Assembly: GCA_951406725.2 (NCBI GenBank)
Contig: OX597814.1
Span: forward strand, 65,906,001 to 65,970,000
Source of the DNA: Octopus vulgaris
Taxonomy: Eukaryota
Direction: 5' to 3'
DNA length: 64,000 nucleotides
Below, piece by piece: positions 13,843-27,491 of the stretch (position 1 is the stretch's first letter; each line of letters opens with the position of its first letter). The translations under genes and the position numbers were made by a program. The notes beneath the pieces are model-generated. The model did not search any database and was not told the DNA's origin. It worked only from the letters and a program-made list of their open reading frames with translations.

Positions 13843-13950
13843 ATCACGTGACCGACCAGTCCATCAGATGTAGTTACACATCGCTGGTCACAATGCGTTC
13901 GCATGGTTTTAGCCTTCGAATGACGCCACCCCGCTGGCTAAGCGAGCAGA

Positions 13951-13953
<3 letters not shown>
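13835..13953 (-). mobile_element. RTE-type 3' tail fragment
   Basis: Minus strand ends TGTGACCAG...CTGGTCGGTCACGTGATCACGTGAT, similar to the RTE tail at 43550-43620. Confidence 0.6.
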
Positions 13954-13996
<43 letters not shown>

Positions 13997-14038
13997 TGTA
14001 TATATATATATATATATATTTTCTACTACCATAAGAAT

Positions 14039-14200
14039 CTCCACGATAGTAATACACTTTTTACGTAGGCAAAGAGAAAAACAATGGAATTAAGTAATTA
14101 AAGCACTTTAATCTCGAAACGCGTCTGTGGCTAATGGGAGTCGTGTTGATTCATTGTTTTTCTCTTTGCCTACGTAAAAAAGTGTGTTACTGTCGTGGAG
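14039..14200. repeat. Fold-back (48-bp arms) of a PLE pLTR with the 3' half of an HHR (GAAA CGCG TC) in the spacer
   Basis: 14039-14086 is the reverse complement of 14152-14200; followed by a pLTR segment (14220-14400) related to 27510-27550 and 63430-63590. Confidence 0.7.
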
Positions 14201-14515
14201 AGAAAAGGAATTTTTAATTCTTATTTCTAAATTCGGTGTGTAGTGAAGCAATTAGATGACCCCTAATTATAATTATGTTTTTAATTAAAGAATATTTGTA
14301 TAATTTTACCTATAAAGGTTATTTTAACCTACTGATCTACTTGGTAAAATTGTTAATTAATTGATTAATTAATTAATTAAATTAATTTTACCCTTTTATT
14401 ATTAATAAACACCACCATCCTCACTGGCACCCATTCCTTTACTTACAGCTGCAGTAATGTTATTTACTATACCTCCTGCTCTCTCTCTCTCTCTGTCTCT
14501 CTCTTTCCTTTCCTT

Positions 14516-14760
14516 TACATTGGTCAAACGAGACACCGCTTGGCTGACCGATTTCCGGAGTACTTCCGAAATATCAGACTCGGAAATGACATCCAGGTCT
14601 CGCGCCACTTCAGTTCTATCTGTCATTCGCTGCAACACCTGTCTGCGTTCAGACTGTCTGTGCACAGGGGTCACCTGGACTCCCACTTCGTCATGAACTG
14701 GAATTAAACTTCTCTCTTCATTCCTTTGCGCCATGTGGTCTCAACGCACTACTCTTTTCA
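14516..14760 (+). pseudogene. PLE GIY-YIG endonuclease remnant
   Basis: Translation YIGQTRHRLADRFPEYFRNIRLGNDIQVSRHFSS, in a frame not shown in the ORF track. Confidence 0.75.
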
Positions 14761-15252
14761 TCTGACACGAACCCCACACACCTCCCACATTCAACTTCCC
14801 CCTTCACCTATACACCTGCATACCAACTACCTCGGTACCGTCGCCACACACACACACCACTCTACAAACACCCATACACACTGTTCAACTCATTACTCAC
14901 TTCACCCACCGTTACACCAGCACTCCACCAAACACTTTCCAATTTCACACACTTGCACCGAACCCTTCTCATTACCCATACCACATATCATTATCCACAC
15001 ACCCACACCCAATCTCCAATAGCGTCAACGCACATACCACTATCCGAGCAGCCACACACGCTGTTTAACTCAGTACAGACACCGCACACCATCATGCATA
15101 CTCCCACACCCACACAATACCTGAACACACGTATGTGTGGACAACGCAACCCAGCTAAGTGAAGATATCGACTCTAGTCGATTTAGACATGTACATTTTA
15201 TAAAGTTACTTTCTATAGTATTTCCGAAATGCAGATTCCCAGTTAAGTGAAC

Positions 15253-15442
15253 AGAATATAAATAAGTAACAATAAAGTATATGTGTCACTTCATTACGGC
15301 CGTTTCAAGCGGCTCCATTTAATTGATTAATGACGAGAACAGTTTCTTTCAAATTGATGTAAAGTTTTCATTAATCAGTTAAATGGAGCTGCATGAAACG
15401 GCCGTAATGAATTGACACCTGTACATCGTTCTTACTTATTTG

Positions 15443-15448
<6 letters not shown>
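15253..15448. repeat. Fold-back element with HHR 3' half (GAAA CGGCCG TA)
   Basis: TCATTACGGCCGTTTCA..CTCCATTTAATTGATTAATGA versus TCATTAATCAGTTAAATGGAG..TGAAACGGCCGTAATGA; another copy at about 29035-29123. Confidence 0.75.
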
Positions 15449-15504
<56 letters not shown>

Positions 15505-15612
15505 CGATAAAACTTACTTGTAAGAGGATGCGTGGCGTTCAATCATATCATAATATAAATAATATATATATCTATATGCATATATACATAGGTATATGTA
15601 CATACTTACATC

Positions 15613-15672
<60 letters not shown>

Positions 15673-15679
15673 TTTGTGG

Positions 15680-17150
15680 GCACAGGACGTCACGAATCTT
15701 GTACAACAAATAAATACTAAGTTCATGAACTATTTTCGAACAACGAAAGACACAAATGGAAAACCAAACAAACAACATAAAGAACGTCCCTTTATCTGTT
15801 GTTGGCTGTTTTTCTAATCTCGTATTTCGAGCATTTAGCAAGAATATACGCTTTCGATGAAACAGTTGCTCCCGCAAAGCAAATTAAATAAAATTTGGGA
15901 TTTTGCGGAGGGTCCAAATTGGTAACACAAACAGGACAGTGACATATAACAGGACGTCAAACATTAAGGCAAGGTAAACATCTCAAGTTATATACAATAC
16001 TATTATAGGAAGAAATTCAAAATCTTACAGTTGTTTCTGGGATATTCCCGAGTATGGGATATTCTGTTATCAGAGACAAATTGGGGAAAGAGTAAGGAAA
16101 ATTAGAATGTTATATATCAATAAGATAACAACATAGAGGAAGGAAGTAAAAAAAATAAGGAGATGGAAAGAGAGAAGAAAAAAGAAGCATAAACGTTCAT
16201 AGTTCAACTTTCCGAAGTTATAGAAACCAAAACATGAGTCCTTAGGTGCGATTCTGCGTAGATCCATGAGCATAAGTCTTTAGGTGCAATCCTGCGTATA
16301 TCCATGTGGGTTCAAGTCCTGATATAGTAGACATCACAAGAAAAAAGACGCGAACATATAAACGTTTAAATAAAACAGAATGGTAACGGTGGTGGCTATT
16401 AATTGGTAAAACTAAAGAAAATAAATAGAAAGAGAGGTGGATAGATTGAGGTAGGGAGGATTATAAGGATTGGCTATAGGATAAAAGAAGGTGCATATGT
16501 GTATGGAGTCTAAGAATTGTGTACAGGGTAGCCGATAAGATAAGAGAGACGATGATGAGCTAGAAGAAAATAGTGTAAAAAATTAGAGCGAAATGAAAGG
16601 AATTTGAAGAGTATAGTAGATGTCTGGTAGTTTCAAAGTCTAAAGTTGTTGGGGGTGGAAATTTGATAGTAATTTCTTGTGTCCGTCCTCGCTAAGGTCA
16701 GTGGCTGTAGAGTTATTTTTAGCAATGGGGATGTGTGTGGGTAGGTAGTCGAGAAAGGAAGAGCTAGTTGAATATTAAATTACTTATGAGTGAGAGTTAG
16801 AGTTATGTATTTATAGTAGAGGATTTATTGGGTTAAAGTTTAAAATAAATTAAGGATAAGTTAAAGAATTAATATTTATCTCATAGTATGATGAGGTACG
16901 GTAGATATGAGGTAAAACATAAGATAGAAATGAGTCATCGCGATATAGAAGGGGTATGCGTTAATGATCATTAGGGTATGTATGTGGGTGCTATTCGTTG
17001 GTGTGGGGTGAGCTTACATTTAGATTTATGAAAGAATTTAAAAGTGCGGAATAAATTGTCCTTACACGTAGTGAAGGCCGCATTGTATTAAACAATTGTA
17101 GTGAGTTGTGGATTAGAATTTTGAGAGCTTCTTTTAAGCAAAGTTCACAA
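15680..17150 (-). mobile_element. PLE 3' remnant (end of endonuclease + 3' region + pLTR with degenerate HHR at 16022-16076)
   Basis: Minus strand SCELCLKEALKIL resembles a PLE C-terminus. Degenerate HHR: tct CTGATAA ... GAAA caactg TA aga. Flanked by (TA)n. Confidence 0.55.
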
Positions 17151-17151
17151 C

Positions 17152-17198
<47 letters not shown>

Positions 17199-17860
17199 AC
17201 AGACATACACATATATACATGCGTTTGCACGTGATTGTGTGCTTGTGAGCGTTAAAAGAATAGGTGCGTCGAAGAAAAGTATGATAGTGTATTTGTTTCT
17301 TTCTCATTTATAACTGTTTACACCCTGATCGACTATACTCTTTTCCAGTACATGACAAGTAAAATTCCTGAGAACTGAATCGTTTATGGGTAGTACTAAA
17401 GCATGGCTGCTCTGTAGTGATAGAAATCGCTAAAATATCCAAACTTTTTGGCTATCTAGTGTGGCAGACTGACACAAGACATTTATATTGTACTCCAAGA
17501 TACATCATTTTGAATGATTTTAAGTATACACGTTTGGTGTGGTGTGATAAGATCAATTTATCGCTCAGCAATCTTGTCAAGCATAAACGACATAGGTCAT
17601 GAGGCTGTTAAAACCCTGTTATGAAGACGTATATCATATATATCTGACATCTAATCGTGTGTTTTTACTCTCGTAAAGAAAAAAAATTCCAATGACATCT
17701 ACTTCTCTTTTATTGGTAGTGTGGTGCAGAGGGTACGGAGGGATAATCACTGTTAATTTCGTTTCACTATTCTATGTTCGAATTCTTTCGGACAGATGAA
17801 CATTACTATATCTTCCTATCTCATTTCTCCTTCTTTCATTCTTAATCTTATTCTCTGTCA

Positions 17861-17906
<46 letters not shown>

Positions 17907-18617
17907 TGAGAGAGAGAGAGAAAGAGAGCGAGAGAAAGAGAAAGAGATAGAGAACTAGTCAGACAAACAATCAGACAGACAGAAACAGAGAAATGTGTAC
18001 TGACAATAGTGATGAAGAATCTCTTCATTCGTCTCAGGAAATTTCCTGTTCGTTTTAACGATCTCCTTTGTCCACGCAATCAATATCTTTATCTATAACA
18101 CATTATTGTTTTCATTTATATAGAACCAGTGTTCTATTTGCTTGATACTTTGTTGTATTGCCTCAGAGCAAGACTGATCGAGTAGACCTATGATTGAATG
18201 CTGTAACTATCCTATTTTCTCAGTCATAGTTTATCTCAGATCATACTTTCCAATATATTCTTCCTTCTTTCTAAAAGATAGTAGAGTTTAGTTTCAGGAA
18301 AAGAGATTTAACTGACATTTCTAGCAACCATATAGAGTATCATTCACTGATTCTTGGACTGGTGCTTCAAAATTTTTCGAAGTTGAACTTTTATCTGAGT
18401 TCGATAATGAATATAACTAGCAATGGATGGAACTTTTGCCAGTATTGGTATTGACTTTGCGCTCAATAACTCATAAATCGATATAGCGTTTGTTATCACA
18501 GTTATGAGAAAGGTACATAATTAATCCCCCAAGAAAACCTGAATAATTGTAAATCATACCAAATGGTTACTAGTTCTAATTGTTTATTAATTAATATTTA
18601 CGGTCTTAAATATATAC

Positions 18618-18654
<37 letters not shown>

Positions 18655-18662
<8 letters not shown>

Positions 18663-19235
18663 TAAATTAGAGATAAAACCACTATTAGGCAAATCAAACA
18701 GTGAAAATCATAAGCCAATACATAGAAATAAAATTAATTAAAAAATATAAAAAATATAAAATATAAAATATAAAAATCAAATCAAAATATTTAAATTAAA
18801 GTTAAAATTTTAAAAAATTATTTAAATTAATAAATTAAACTTATAAATTTTAAATATATATATATATATATATATATTTATTATTATTTTATTTTTCATT
18901 TATTTATTTATTTATTTTTATTTATTTTATTAATTTTTTTATTTTTTATTTTTTTAAACTATCAAAAAGTATTAAAAGTTTAATATAAGATAAAGAGTAA
19001 AAACACTACGATCGTTTCATGCCAGTAACCAATTCAAATAACAATAATAATAACTTAAATTCAATTAATAATTCGAATTATTGTTACAGTCAATCTTCAG
19101 GCTAATTGTAATATTTTAATAAATAATCAGAAATATTTAAACAATATTTTTTAAGAAATAAATAATATAATACATTTTCTTATAAAAAACTCTATTATCA
19201 AACTAGAAACTTAACGACGATTAGTGACGATTGAA
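18655..19235 (-). mobile_element. Non-autonomous PLE-type pLTR element (AT-rich)
   Basis: Terminus ATTAAATTAGAGATAAAACCACTATTAGGCAAATCAAACAGTG recurs at 49805 and about 32775; contains an HHR motif. Confidence 0.6.
19004..19104 (-). ncRNA. Hammerhead motif with very long AU-rich helix II
   Basis: Minus strand: gc CTGAAGA ttgactgtaac..aattcgaat...atttgaatt ggttactggcat GAAA cgatcg TA gt. Core intact; helix I weak. Confidence 0.55.
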
Positions 19236-19627
19236 CTTGACCATCTATCTATCTATCAATCTATCTATATATATATCTATCAATCTATCTATCTATATCT
19301 ATCTAGATGACTAGCTGTGCGTGTGTGTGTGTGTTGTTCAAAACAGCTACATTCGGATTCCGTGCTACTTTTGAAGCCCCTATCGGGGAGCTTCGGAAGT
19401 TAAAGTAGCACGGAATCCGAATCAAACTGTTTTTTAACCCCCAATAAATGTGTTGAATGCCTTTCTTCCGTTTGTACACACACACACACACACAGACACA
19501 CACACACACACACACACATACACACACATACACACACACACACATACACACGGAACAAAATAAATTTGAGATAAGTGGTACGAGTACGAGTTAAATCGCT
19601 GACTGAAGTTCATATTCTTTTGTACAC

Positions 19628-19826
19628 CAGGCACAAGGACCGAAATTTTGGGGGAGGGGGTAGTCGATTAGATCGACCCCAGTACGCAACTGGTGCTTAA
19701 TTTATCGACCCCGAAAGGATGAAAGGCCAAGTCGACCTCGGCGGAATTTGACCTCAGAACGTAGCGGCAGACGAAATACGGCCACGCATTTCGCCCGGCG
19801 TGCTAACGTTTCTGCCAGCTTGCCGC
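19628..19826 (-). mobile_element. SINE family B
   Basis: Minus strand GCGGCAAGCTGGCAGAAACGTTAGC...GGTCAAATTCCGCCGAGGTCGACTTGGCCTTTCATCCTTTCGGGGTCGATAAATTAAGCACCAG. Confidence 0.85.
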
Positions 19827-20828
19827 TTTTTGAAGTTCATATTCACCGTAGGTTTATACTTAAACGCACACACACACTCAGTACAAGGATCCGGATACAA
19901 ACTTGTACCTCTATAGCATGTGGTGAGTTCGTACTCTATAGAAACTACGAAAGTACTTATACAGTACTGTCTTTCTGTTATATAAATATATAACGAGAGT
20001 GAGAGAGAGTTGATAGAATTTTGTTAAGTAGGTCAGTGGAATCACCGGTAAAAGACTCTAAATAATGTACATAAAACAAAACTACAGTCATTTGAAAATC
20101 TTAGCTCTGTAGATCGAGAATATGTGAAAACATGCTAATGTTCTCTTCAATAAACAGGACATTACCCTGGAATTCTTTTAAATACACACAGAATTAATTG
20201 ATAATATTTTCTACGCCTCTTTAGTGAAAATGTGCCGTTATTCTTCGAGTAACAAGGAAAAGGTTGAATCTAAATGATATATAAGAGTTATCAGGATATA
20301 CACTAACAACACTAGTCGATCCCGTAACCTAATGGAACAAACAGGAAGAATAGAATTCTATACTTTATTATATCCATATTTCTAATCGTAGAAAAGCTAC
20401 TGGTGTAATTTAAAGGCTTACAGACCCGTGCATTATACTTATTAAACTGTAATGAGTGTCCTGCACAAAACTCTGGGCTCTTGAATTACTTTCATAACTT
20501 TGTAGCCGGTCAATATGCTGCCACAGATTCACTCATATAAATATATATATGGGCATACACACACAAATATATAACAGAAGCATTAGCCGACCTTGTCAGG
20601 GCTTATAGAAACATATCAAAAACAATCACATAGCTTATAACATTATTCTTCACTGTGCAACCTTTTGCCAAAATTTCGGACTGCTTGGGGAAATAAGTGG
20701 TCTATTACTTGAAACATATATACGTAAATGCATGCGCGCGCACACACACGCACACAATCACACACAAATACGCACACACACTGACACACACAAATATACA
20801 CACACAGTCTACACACAATTGCATGCAT

Positions 20829-20869
<41 letters not shown>

Positions 20870-20979
20870 TACATACATACATACATATACATACATACAT
20901 ATATACATACATAAATACAATCACACACTGACAGAAAAATAGATAGAGAAAAATATAAATTCCTTGAAAAAACGTCGAC

Positions 20980-21090
20980 AAGTAGGTTGCTTCCCAACCA
21001 CATACTTCCAGATTTACTCTTACTGCGTGCTACCTTGGGCAAGTACCTTCTTGACACTGATTTAGGTGATGGAAACTGAAAGAAGCCCGT

Positions 21091-21141
<51 letters not shown>

Positions 21142-21292
21142 ATACATATGTGTGCGAACGTGTATGTGTATGTGTGTCAGTTTTTGTACTTACCCACACC
21201 ACTGCTTGACAACCAATGTTGGTTCAGCAAGAAACCGAAGTGAAATTATTCGACTAAACTATGCAAGGGGTAGTCGCAAGAGATAAAAGATA
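20980..21292 (+). mobile_element. SINE family A, degenerate
   Basis: TTGCTTCCCAACCACAT...ACCTTGGGCAAGT...GGAAACTGAAAGAAGCCCG. Confidence 0.7.
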
Positions 21293-22328
21293 AAATCTGT
21301 AATTTGCCCAAGAACCTCGACTCAATGGAATTTGTTAGATTTTAGTAAGATCAATCAAGTTAAGCTTCATAAATGTGCGTAAATGAAGAAACAAACAGCT
21401 GTAGAACTAAAAACAATATTTTACTCTTAAATTTATTGTGTTTTGCTGACGCTGCAATAATTATGATGTTGCGGCTGGTGCCATTACATAGACATTGCCC
21501 AAAGACAACAATAATAAGGAATTCACAAATTCATTGATTATATCTATGTTCCACTCAGCAAACAAAGACTACATAATTTTTTATTTTATTTCCTTATTTT
21601 TTATTGCAAGAATTTATTGGTAAAAGGAACATTGTTTACATTCTCTTGAGATGCCATCTTCGTTTCTCAGTCTTTCGATATTTAACTCTTTACCTCTCTC
21701 ATTCTATCTCTTTCTCTCTTGCTTACTTTCTCTTTCTCTCCTAACAACTCTTTATTTTTGGCTATATGCTCCTGTAGCTATCCATCTCTAGATTTTCAAA
21801 TATAACTATTACTCTCCTTATTTCAACTTCTTTCTGTTTTTCTTCAACCTCATTATTTCTGTATCTCTATCTCTTCTCTCTGCTGCCTTATACATATGCA
21901 CGCACGCCAATAAAAGTAGAACATTTTTCGATTGGTATGTAAAATACATCACTATATTTGACATAACACTTAAGTATGACATTTTTAAAAAAATGTAAAA
22001 TATATTATAAAAGAAAAAGTGAAAACAATAATATACAATAGTATACAATAATATGTGAAAATAAATTCTACCAAATTTATCATTACTCATTATCTTTCCT
22101 TACTTTTCGAGATTTTCTCTACGTCTTCTTTACTCATTTTGTATAACTTTTAATGAACATGTATTTCCATACACGTAATTGATTATAATCATGCCCTTGA
22201 ACACTAGATCATTGTTTGTAAATGGTTCATAGCATATATTCTTATATTATATACACACACATATATACATACACATATATACGTATGTATATGCACGTAT
22301 GCACACAAACACACATTAATATAGTATA

Positions 22329-22387
<59 letters not shown>

Positions 22388-22572
22388 CGAATACGGAGAT
22401 TTGTACACCTGTATATCTTTATTTCTACAGTCAATTAAAATTGACTGTAGAAATAAAAAATATGTAAATGTACTAATATCAATTTTTATTGTACTAATGT
22501 GGGTTATACAATCGGTAAAATATTTATAATCCAGCGAAGTAAAACCAGGACTCAGCCATTGGATTAAATTCA

Positions 22573-25499
22573 TTGGGATGTAGAACCTTTTGTGCATGAA
22601 GGCCACCCTACAATTCATCATCCCTAATAGAGGCCGCATTGAACAAATTATTCTTCCTTTTAGTTATTTTTCCCCCCTCAGTAATTTATTAGTAATCTAA
22701 TAAAAGAAAGATAGGTGTAGAAATCGAAAGTAAGACTTTTCAAATATTTCATTTAAGTAAGTACTTTTATACGAATAATAAGTAAATGAATAATATCGAA
22801 ATCAAGACATTTGCAGATATTTTATTTAGGCTAGTAGGTACTTTTTATTCAAATTAATGAAGTCTTTGAATATGCTTTTTTTTTTTAATAAAAAGCATTT
22901 TGATAACAGGTTTTAACAGTGGTTCTTAGTTTTAATTGGTTCCCCAAATGCTCATCTATCAATTGCGTTCTCAGCAAATTTTTGATTTGCATCAAGTACA
23001 AGAATGTGGATTCACAACAGTATGTTGAAGAAAAGCAGAAAGTTAGTTGGCGTGCATGTTCACGAAGCCGAAGATATTCTACCGCATTTTTCCAAATTTA
23101 GATGGGATTTTCCTTCTTGTCAAACGGAGATTTCAGGATATTATCTTCAGACATTTCAATAAGCTCCATTTGTAATTCTTCAGAAGCCTCTGATTCATCA
23201 GCTAAGTGAGGCTGAAAAGCAAGTTTCAGTTATGTTTTTCAAAATCATTGAATATTTTATTATATTCTTTTATTAATGAGTCTAAAACTGACTCGTATTC
23301 TTCATAAGATTCATAGATATCTTATTCATTTTCACTCATTATTGCGTAAGCTGAGGAAAGTATTCTTCTGAAAGTTTTGCTTGGGACAAAAGGAACTTGA
23401 GAAACGACAATTTTTTTTCTAAATGCCCAACTTTTTTGCAACATATCATAAATACATTTATTTCTGCCCTGCAACGAAATGCTTAACTCATTTTGTATTA
23501 ACCTCACATAACATAAAAATGCAACATCTTAAATTTGGATTTAATAAATCACAATGTCCGTTGTTTTTTTTGAAAAAGTCAATTATTTGCGTTCACAAAG
23601 ACAAAATTTTAACCAATACTTTCCCTTGCGACAACGTTTGAGCGATAAGGCAAATCCACATTAATTACTTCGTCATCCATCATCAGCATGTTTCGAAGTT
23701 GACGATGCTTCAGGGCATTTGCTCGAATATAGATTAAAATGACATTTTGCACAGAGATTTTGCTGATATAAAATACAATGAAAAGAAATCAATACATTTG
23801 GTTCTTTGATTACTCTTTTAAGATGTGCAATAAATCCTTCATTTTCAGCCATCATAGCTGGAGCACCATCCACACACACACACCAAATCAGTAAAATTTA
23901 GTCCTATTTTATGACATTGCTCATTGAAGTTGTTAAAAGTAGCTATCCCTCGTGTCCTTCTTTTAAGGGTGCCTAAAGCAAATAATTCTTGATATAATTG
24001 AAAATCATCAGTTATAGCACGAATAAAATACAATACTTGTGATGAATTTGTGGAATCTGTCGATTCATCCAAAGCTACTGAGCAATATACATTTTCTTTC
24101 CGGTTTATATTTTTCCGTTACTCTGTTACATTCATGCTGTCGATCTGTATTAGTCCTTCTTGAAAAAGGCACCTCTTTATATTTGCTTTATTGGGATCTA
24201 TACATCCTACCACTTCCAAAATACATTTCTTTATGAGTTCTGCATCACTGAATGGCTTACCTTTTTTTTCCAAGCAAATATGCAATTTTATAGATGGCTT
24301 ATGTCGTAGCATTTCCTTGATGCAACACAGATTGGAAAAATTGTCTTTTGTTTTCCATCTTTCAATTTCTACAATGCTATTTCGAGACTCACCCACTAAT
24401 TTGGCATATTTATTGTCTTTACGAAGAGCATAATGTTGCGCTCCATTGAATTGCTGAACCGTTACAATTGCGGTACCACAAAACAAACAAGACAGTTTGC
24501 GTCCATTATTTACTAAAAAGTATTGCAATTCCTATTCTTCATTGAAGATCCTGTTTTCTTCTTTCAAAGTTCGTTTTAATTTTTGGGGCATAATTATTGG
24601 TTAAAAAGAAATGCATTTATTCTGAAAACCATAAAAAAATAAAAGTCTTAAGGATGAATTAGTAAACCCTGCCGCACACTGACCCAAATAAAGCAGTCTT
24701 AGACAAGACACGATAAACTTGCATCCAAATCCATGTTATTGGTTTTGACTTTAGCGATTGTTACTGCGATTCGAGACAGGAGACGTCGATGTTTCCTAGG
24801 GCTAAATGGCGGTGATGAACAACATCTAGATTACCTATAATATTTTTTTTCTGTAATTAGTACTATTATTTATCATTACCCAATTGTTACAGAAATAATG
24901 TCAAATATCGTCGGTTTCCAATCTCACAAAATAATGACAATTGTGGAAGTTATGACCAATATTCCAAGAACATGGTTTCGGACACTGATTGATATTGTCT
25001 TGTCTAAGACCGTTTTGTCTGAAGCAGTGTGCAACTGGCTTAACAGAATAGCAATGAATACGATCATTGTATCACTTATCAAGTTTCAATCATAAAAATC
25101 CAGTCTGTAAAATTAACGTACACTCTGATGGATGTACGGTTTCAAATAAGGCTAAGTCAGTAAGAAGTTGGCCCCGACTGCACAATTACTAAGTAAAGTA
25201 CGTAGCAATGAAAAAGTGGACGAGACAGGCTGGTGTGACTGACAAAGAAATATTACCTTTATATACTTGTTGCTTTGAGTTTAAATTCATTGGATTCAAA
25301 GAAAAATGTTTCCGATCTCTGGGAGAGGCATCACTAAATACAGTTAACTTTCCTTTCGACAATGTGTTTTTGTATTGCAAGTTAATGCGTATAATGATTT
25401 TAGACAAAAATATTCAACGTCAAAAAAGAAAGGAAATATACCAATAGCCGCAGACGGCCGCACTTGATGGCCCAGGAGGCCGTAGGTTTCTCATCTCTG
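22573..25499 (-). mobile_element. hAT DNA transposon (Buster/Charlie, GTF2IRD2-like transposase), decayed
   Basis: Right end reads CAGAGATGAGAAACCTACGGCC on the minus strand; degenerate left end GGGATGTAGAACCTTTT; 8-bp TSD not recognisable. Confidence 0.75.
22854..24591 (-). pseudogene. hAT transposase pseudogene
   Basis: MPQKLKRTLKEENRIFNEE*ELQYFL..CLFC, DESTD, CVDGAPAM, FHCILYQQNLC, NELSISLQG, SSTYCCESTF; many stops and frameshifts. Confidence 0.88.
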
Positions 25500-26120
25500 C
25501 CTTAGGTAAACATAGGTGTTCGTTACAATTCGATGCGGTTAGCCATAAAATGAATTATAACTGAATGCTCGTACGGTACCCGCCCAGATACTTTATCCAT
25601 ATCTATTCATATTCATACATACATACATACATACATACATACATACATACATACATACATACATACATACATACATACATACATACATACATACACACAC
25701 ACATATATATATATATATATATCTTTATAATGCTTTTCAGCTAGTATATAACTTTTAAGTAACTAATCTCGAATGGGAAGATCTGCAAACAGATCACTGA
25801 CTTGTTTTGGAGAATTCGTTGCAATTGCTTCGACCAGTCATATTCCAATGATGATCTTATTAGTCGCTAAAAATAATGTAAAAAAAATCGCCGAAAACAA
25901 TCGCAGTACTGATATCATAGAAATCCAAGATTTCAGGAAAGCACGTCCGGATTCGACCTGTAATGTTTTTAATTTACTCACGAAGTCAGCCTGATTCCAA
26001 AATGTTATGACATGTTGAGCTACGGTCTCTTGGAGTAAAGTTGAAAAGTGTGACATACTGAGACACTGACATTCATGTATATTATATTAGATATGTTTAA
26101 TTTGTATTTCAATTAAAGTG

Positions 26121-26320
<200 letters not shown>

Positions 26321-26444
26321 ATTCATATATATGTGTGTGTGTACGTATATGTATAGATGTACACGATGATCTCAAAACACATGCGTGTGTGTGTGTATAT
26401 GTGTATATGTATATATAGTGGTCGTATATATATATATATATGTA

Positions 26445-26823
26445 GGCGCAGGAGTGGCTGTGTGGTAAGTACCTTGCTAACCAACCACATGGTTCCGGGT
26501 TCAGTCCCACTGCGTGGCATCTTGGGCAAGTATTCTTCTGCTATAGCCCCGGGCCGACCAATGCCTTGTGAGTGGATTTGGTAGACGTCGTATATATGTA
26601 TATATACATGTATGTGTGTGTGTTTGTGTGGCTGTGTTTGTCCCCCTAGCATTGCTTGACAACGATGCTGGTGTGTTTACGCCCCCGTCACTTAGCGGTT
26701 CGGCAAAAGAGACCGATAGAATAAGTACTGGGGTTACAAAGAATAAGTCCCGGGGTCGATTTGCTCGACTAAAGGCGGTGCTCCAGCATGGCCGCAGTCA
26801 AATGACTGAAACTAGTAAAAGAG

Positions 26824-26825
<2 letters not shown>
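26445..26825 (+). mobile_element. SINE family A (tRNA-derived head, CORE-like segment, internal microsatellite)
   Basis: GGCGCAGGAGTGGCTGTGTGGTAAG (A box), GGTTCAGTCCC (B box), TCTTGGGCAAGT, 3' tail AAAAGAGTA. Confidence 0.9.
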
Positions 26826-26872
<47 letters not shown>

Positions 26873-26875
<3 letters not shown>

Positions 26876-27268
26876 GTCGTATACTGTCAACTCAATGTGA
26901 CAGTCCCGTAAGGGAATTACACCACCGCCATTTAGCCCTAGGAGACATCGACGTCTCCTATCGGCTTTGACATATTTTCTGTGTCCTTATATTTGCAAAG
27001 GGGAGGCAATCACCTTCGCAAGCCGGGACAAGGCACCTGAAGACATAGCGAGGCAGGCTACCCTGAACTGACGATGAGCAATACATTCAGAAACATATGT
27101 CTTCGGGTGCCTTTTCCCGGCTTGTGGGGGTGATTGCCTCCCTTTTTGCAAATATAAGGACACAGAAAATGTGTCAAAGCCGACAGGAGACGTCGATGTT
27201 TCCTAGGGCTAAATGGCAGTGGTGTAATTCCCTTACGGGACTGTCACATTGAGTTGACAGTATACGAC

Positions 27269-27320
<52 letters not shown>

Positions 27321-27420
27321 TCTTTTACTAGTTTCAGTATGAGTTGACAGTATACGGCCACTATATCGCTTCACTACCGCTTATGTCTCTCTGAGACATT
27401 TAGAAATTTAATATTTCTAA
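26873..27420. mobile_element. Fold-back PLE-type element (175-bp inverted arms, HHR at apex) plus trailing pLTR piece
   Basis: 26873-27047 is the reverse complement of 27096-27271; flanked by (TA)n; second family member at 42501-42925. Confidence 0.85.
27062..27107 (+). ncRNA. Minimal type I hammerhead ribozyme
   Basis: cctgaa CTGACGA tgagcaatacattca GAAA catatg TC ttcggg; all core nucleotides present. Confidence 0.85.
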
Positions 27421-27422
27421 TA

Positions 27423-27491
<69 letters not shown>

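Noticed and set aside
15156-15197. TGAAGA-ATCGAC/GTCGAT hairpin after a PLE remnant
   Set aside because: Lacks C3 and GAAA; probably a decayed HHR, not counted.
22416-22455. Perfect short palindrome TTTATTTCTACAGTCAATT-AA-AATTGACTGTAGAAATAAA
   Set aside because: Real but AT-rich and isolated; no evidence for function or family.
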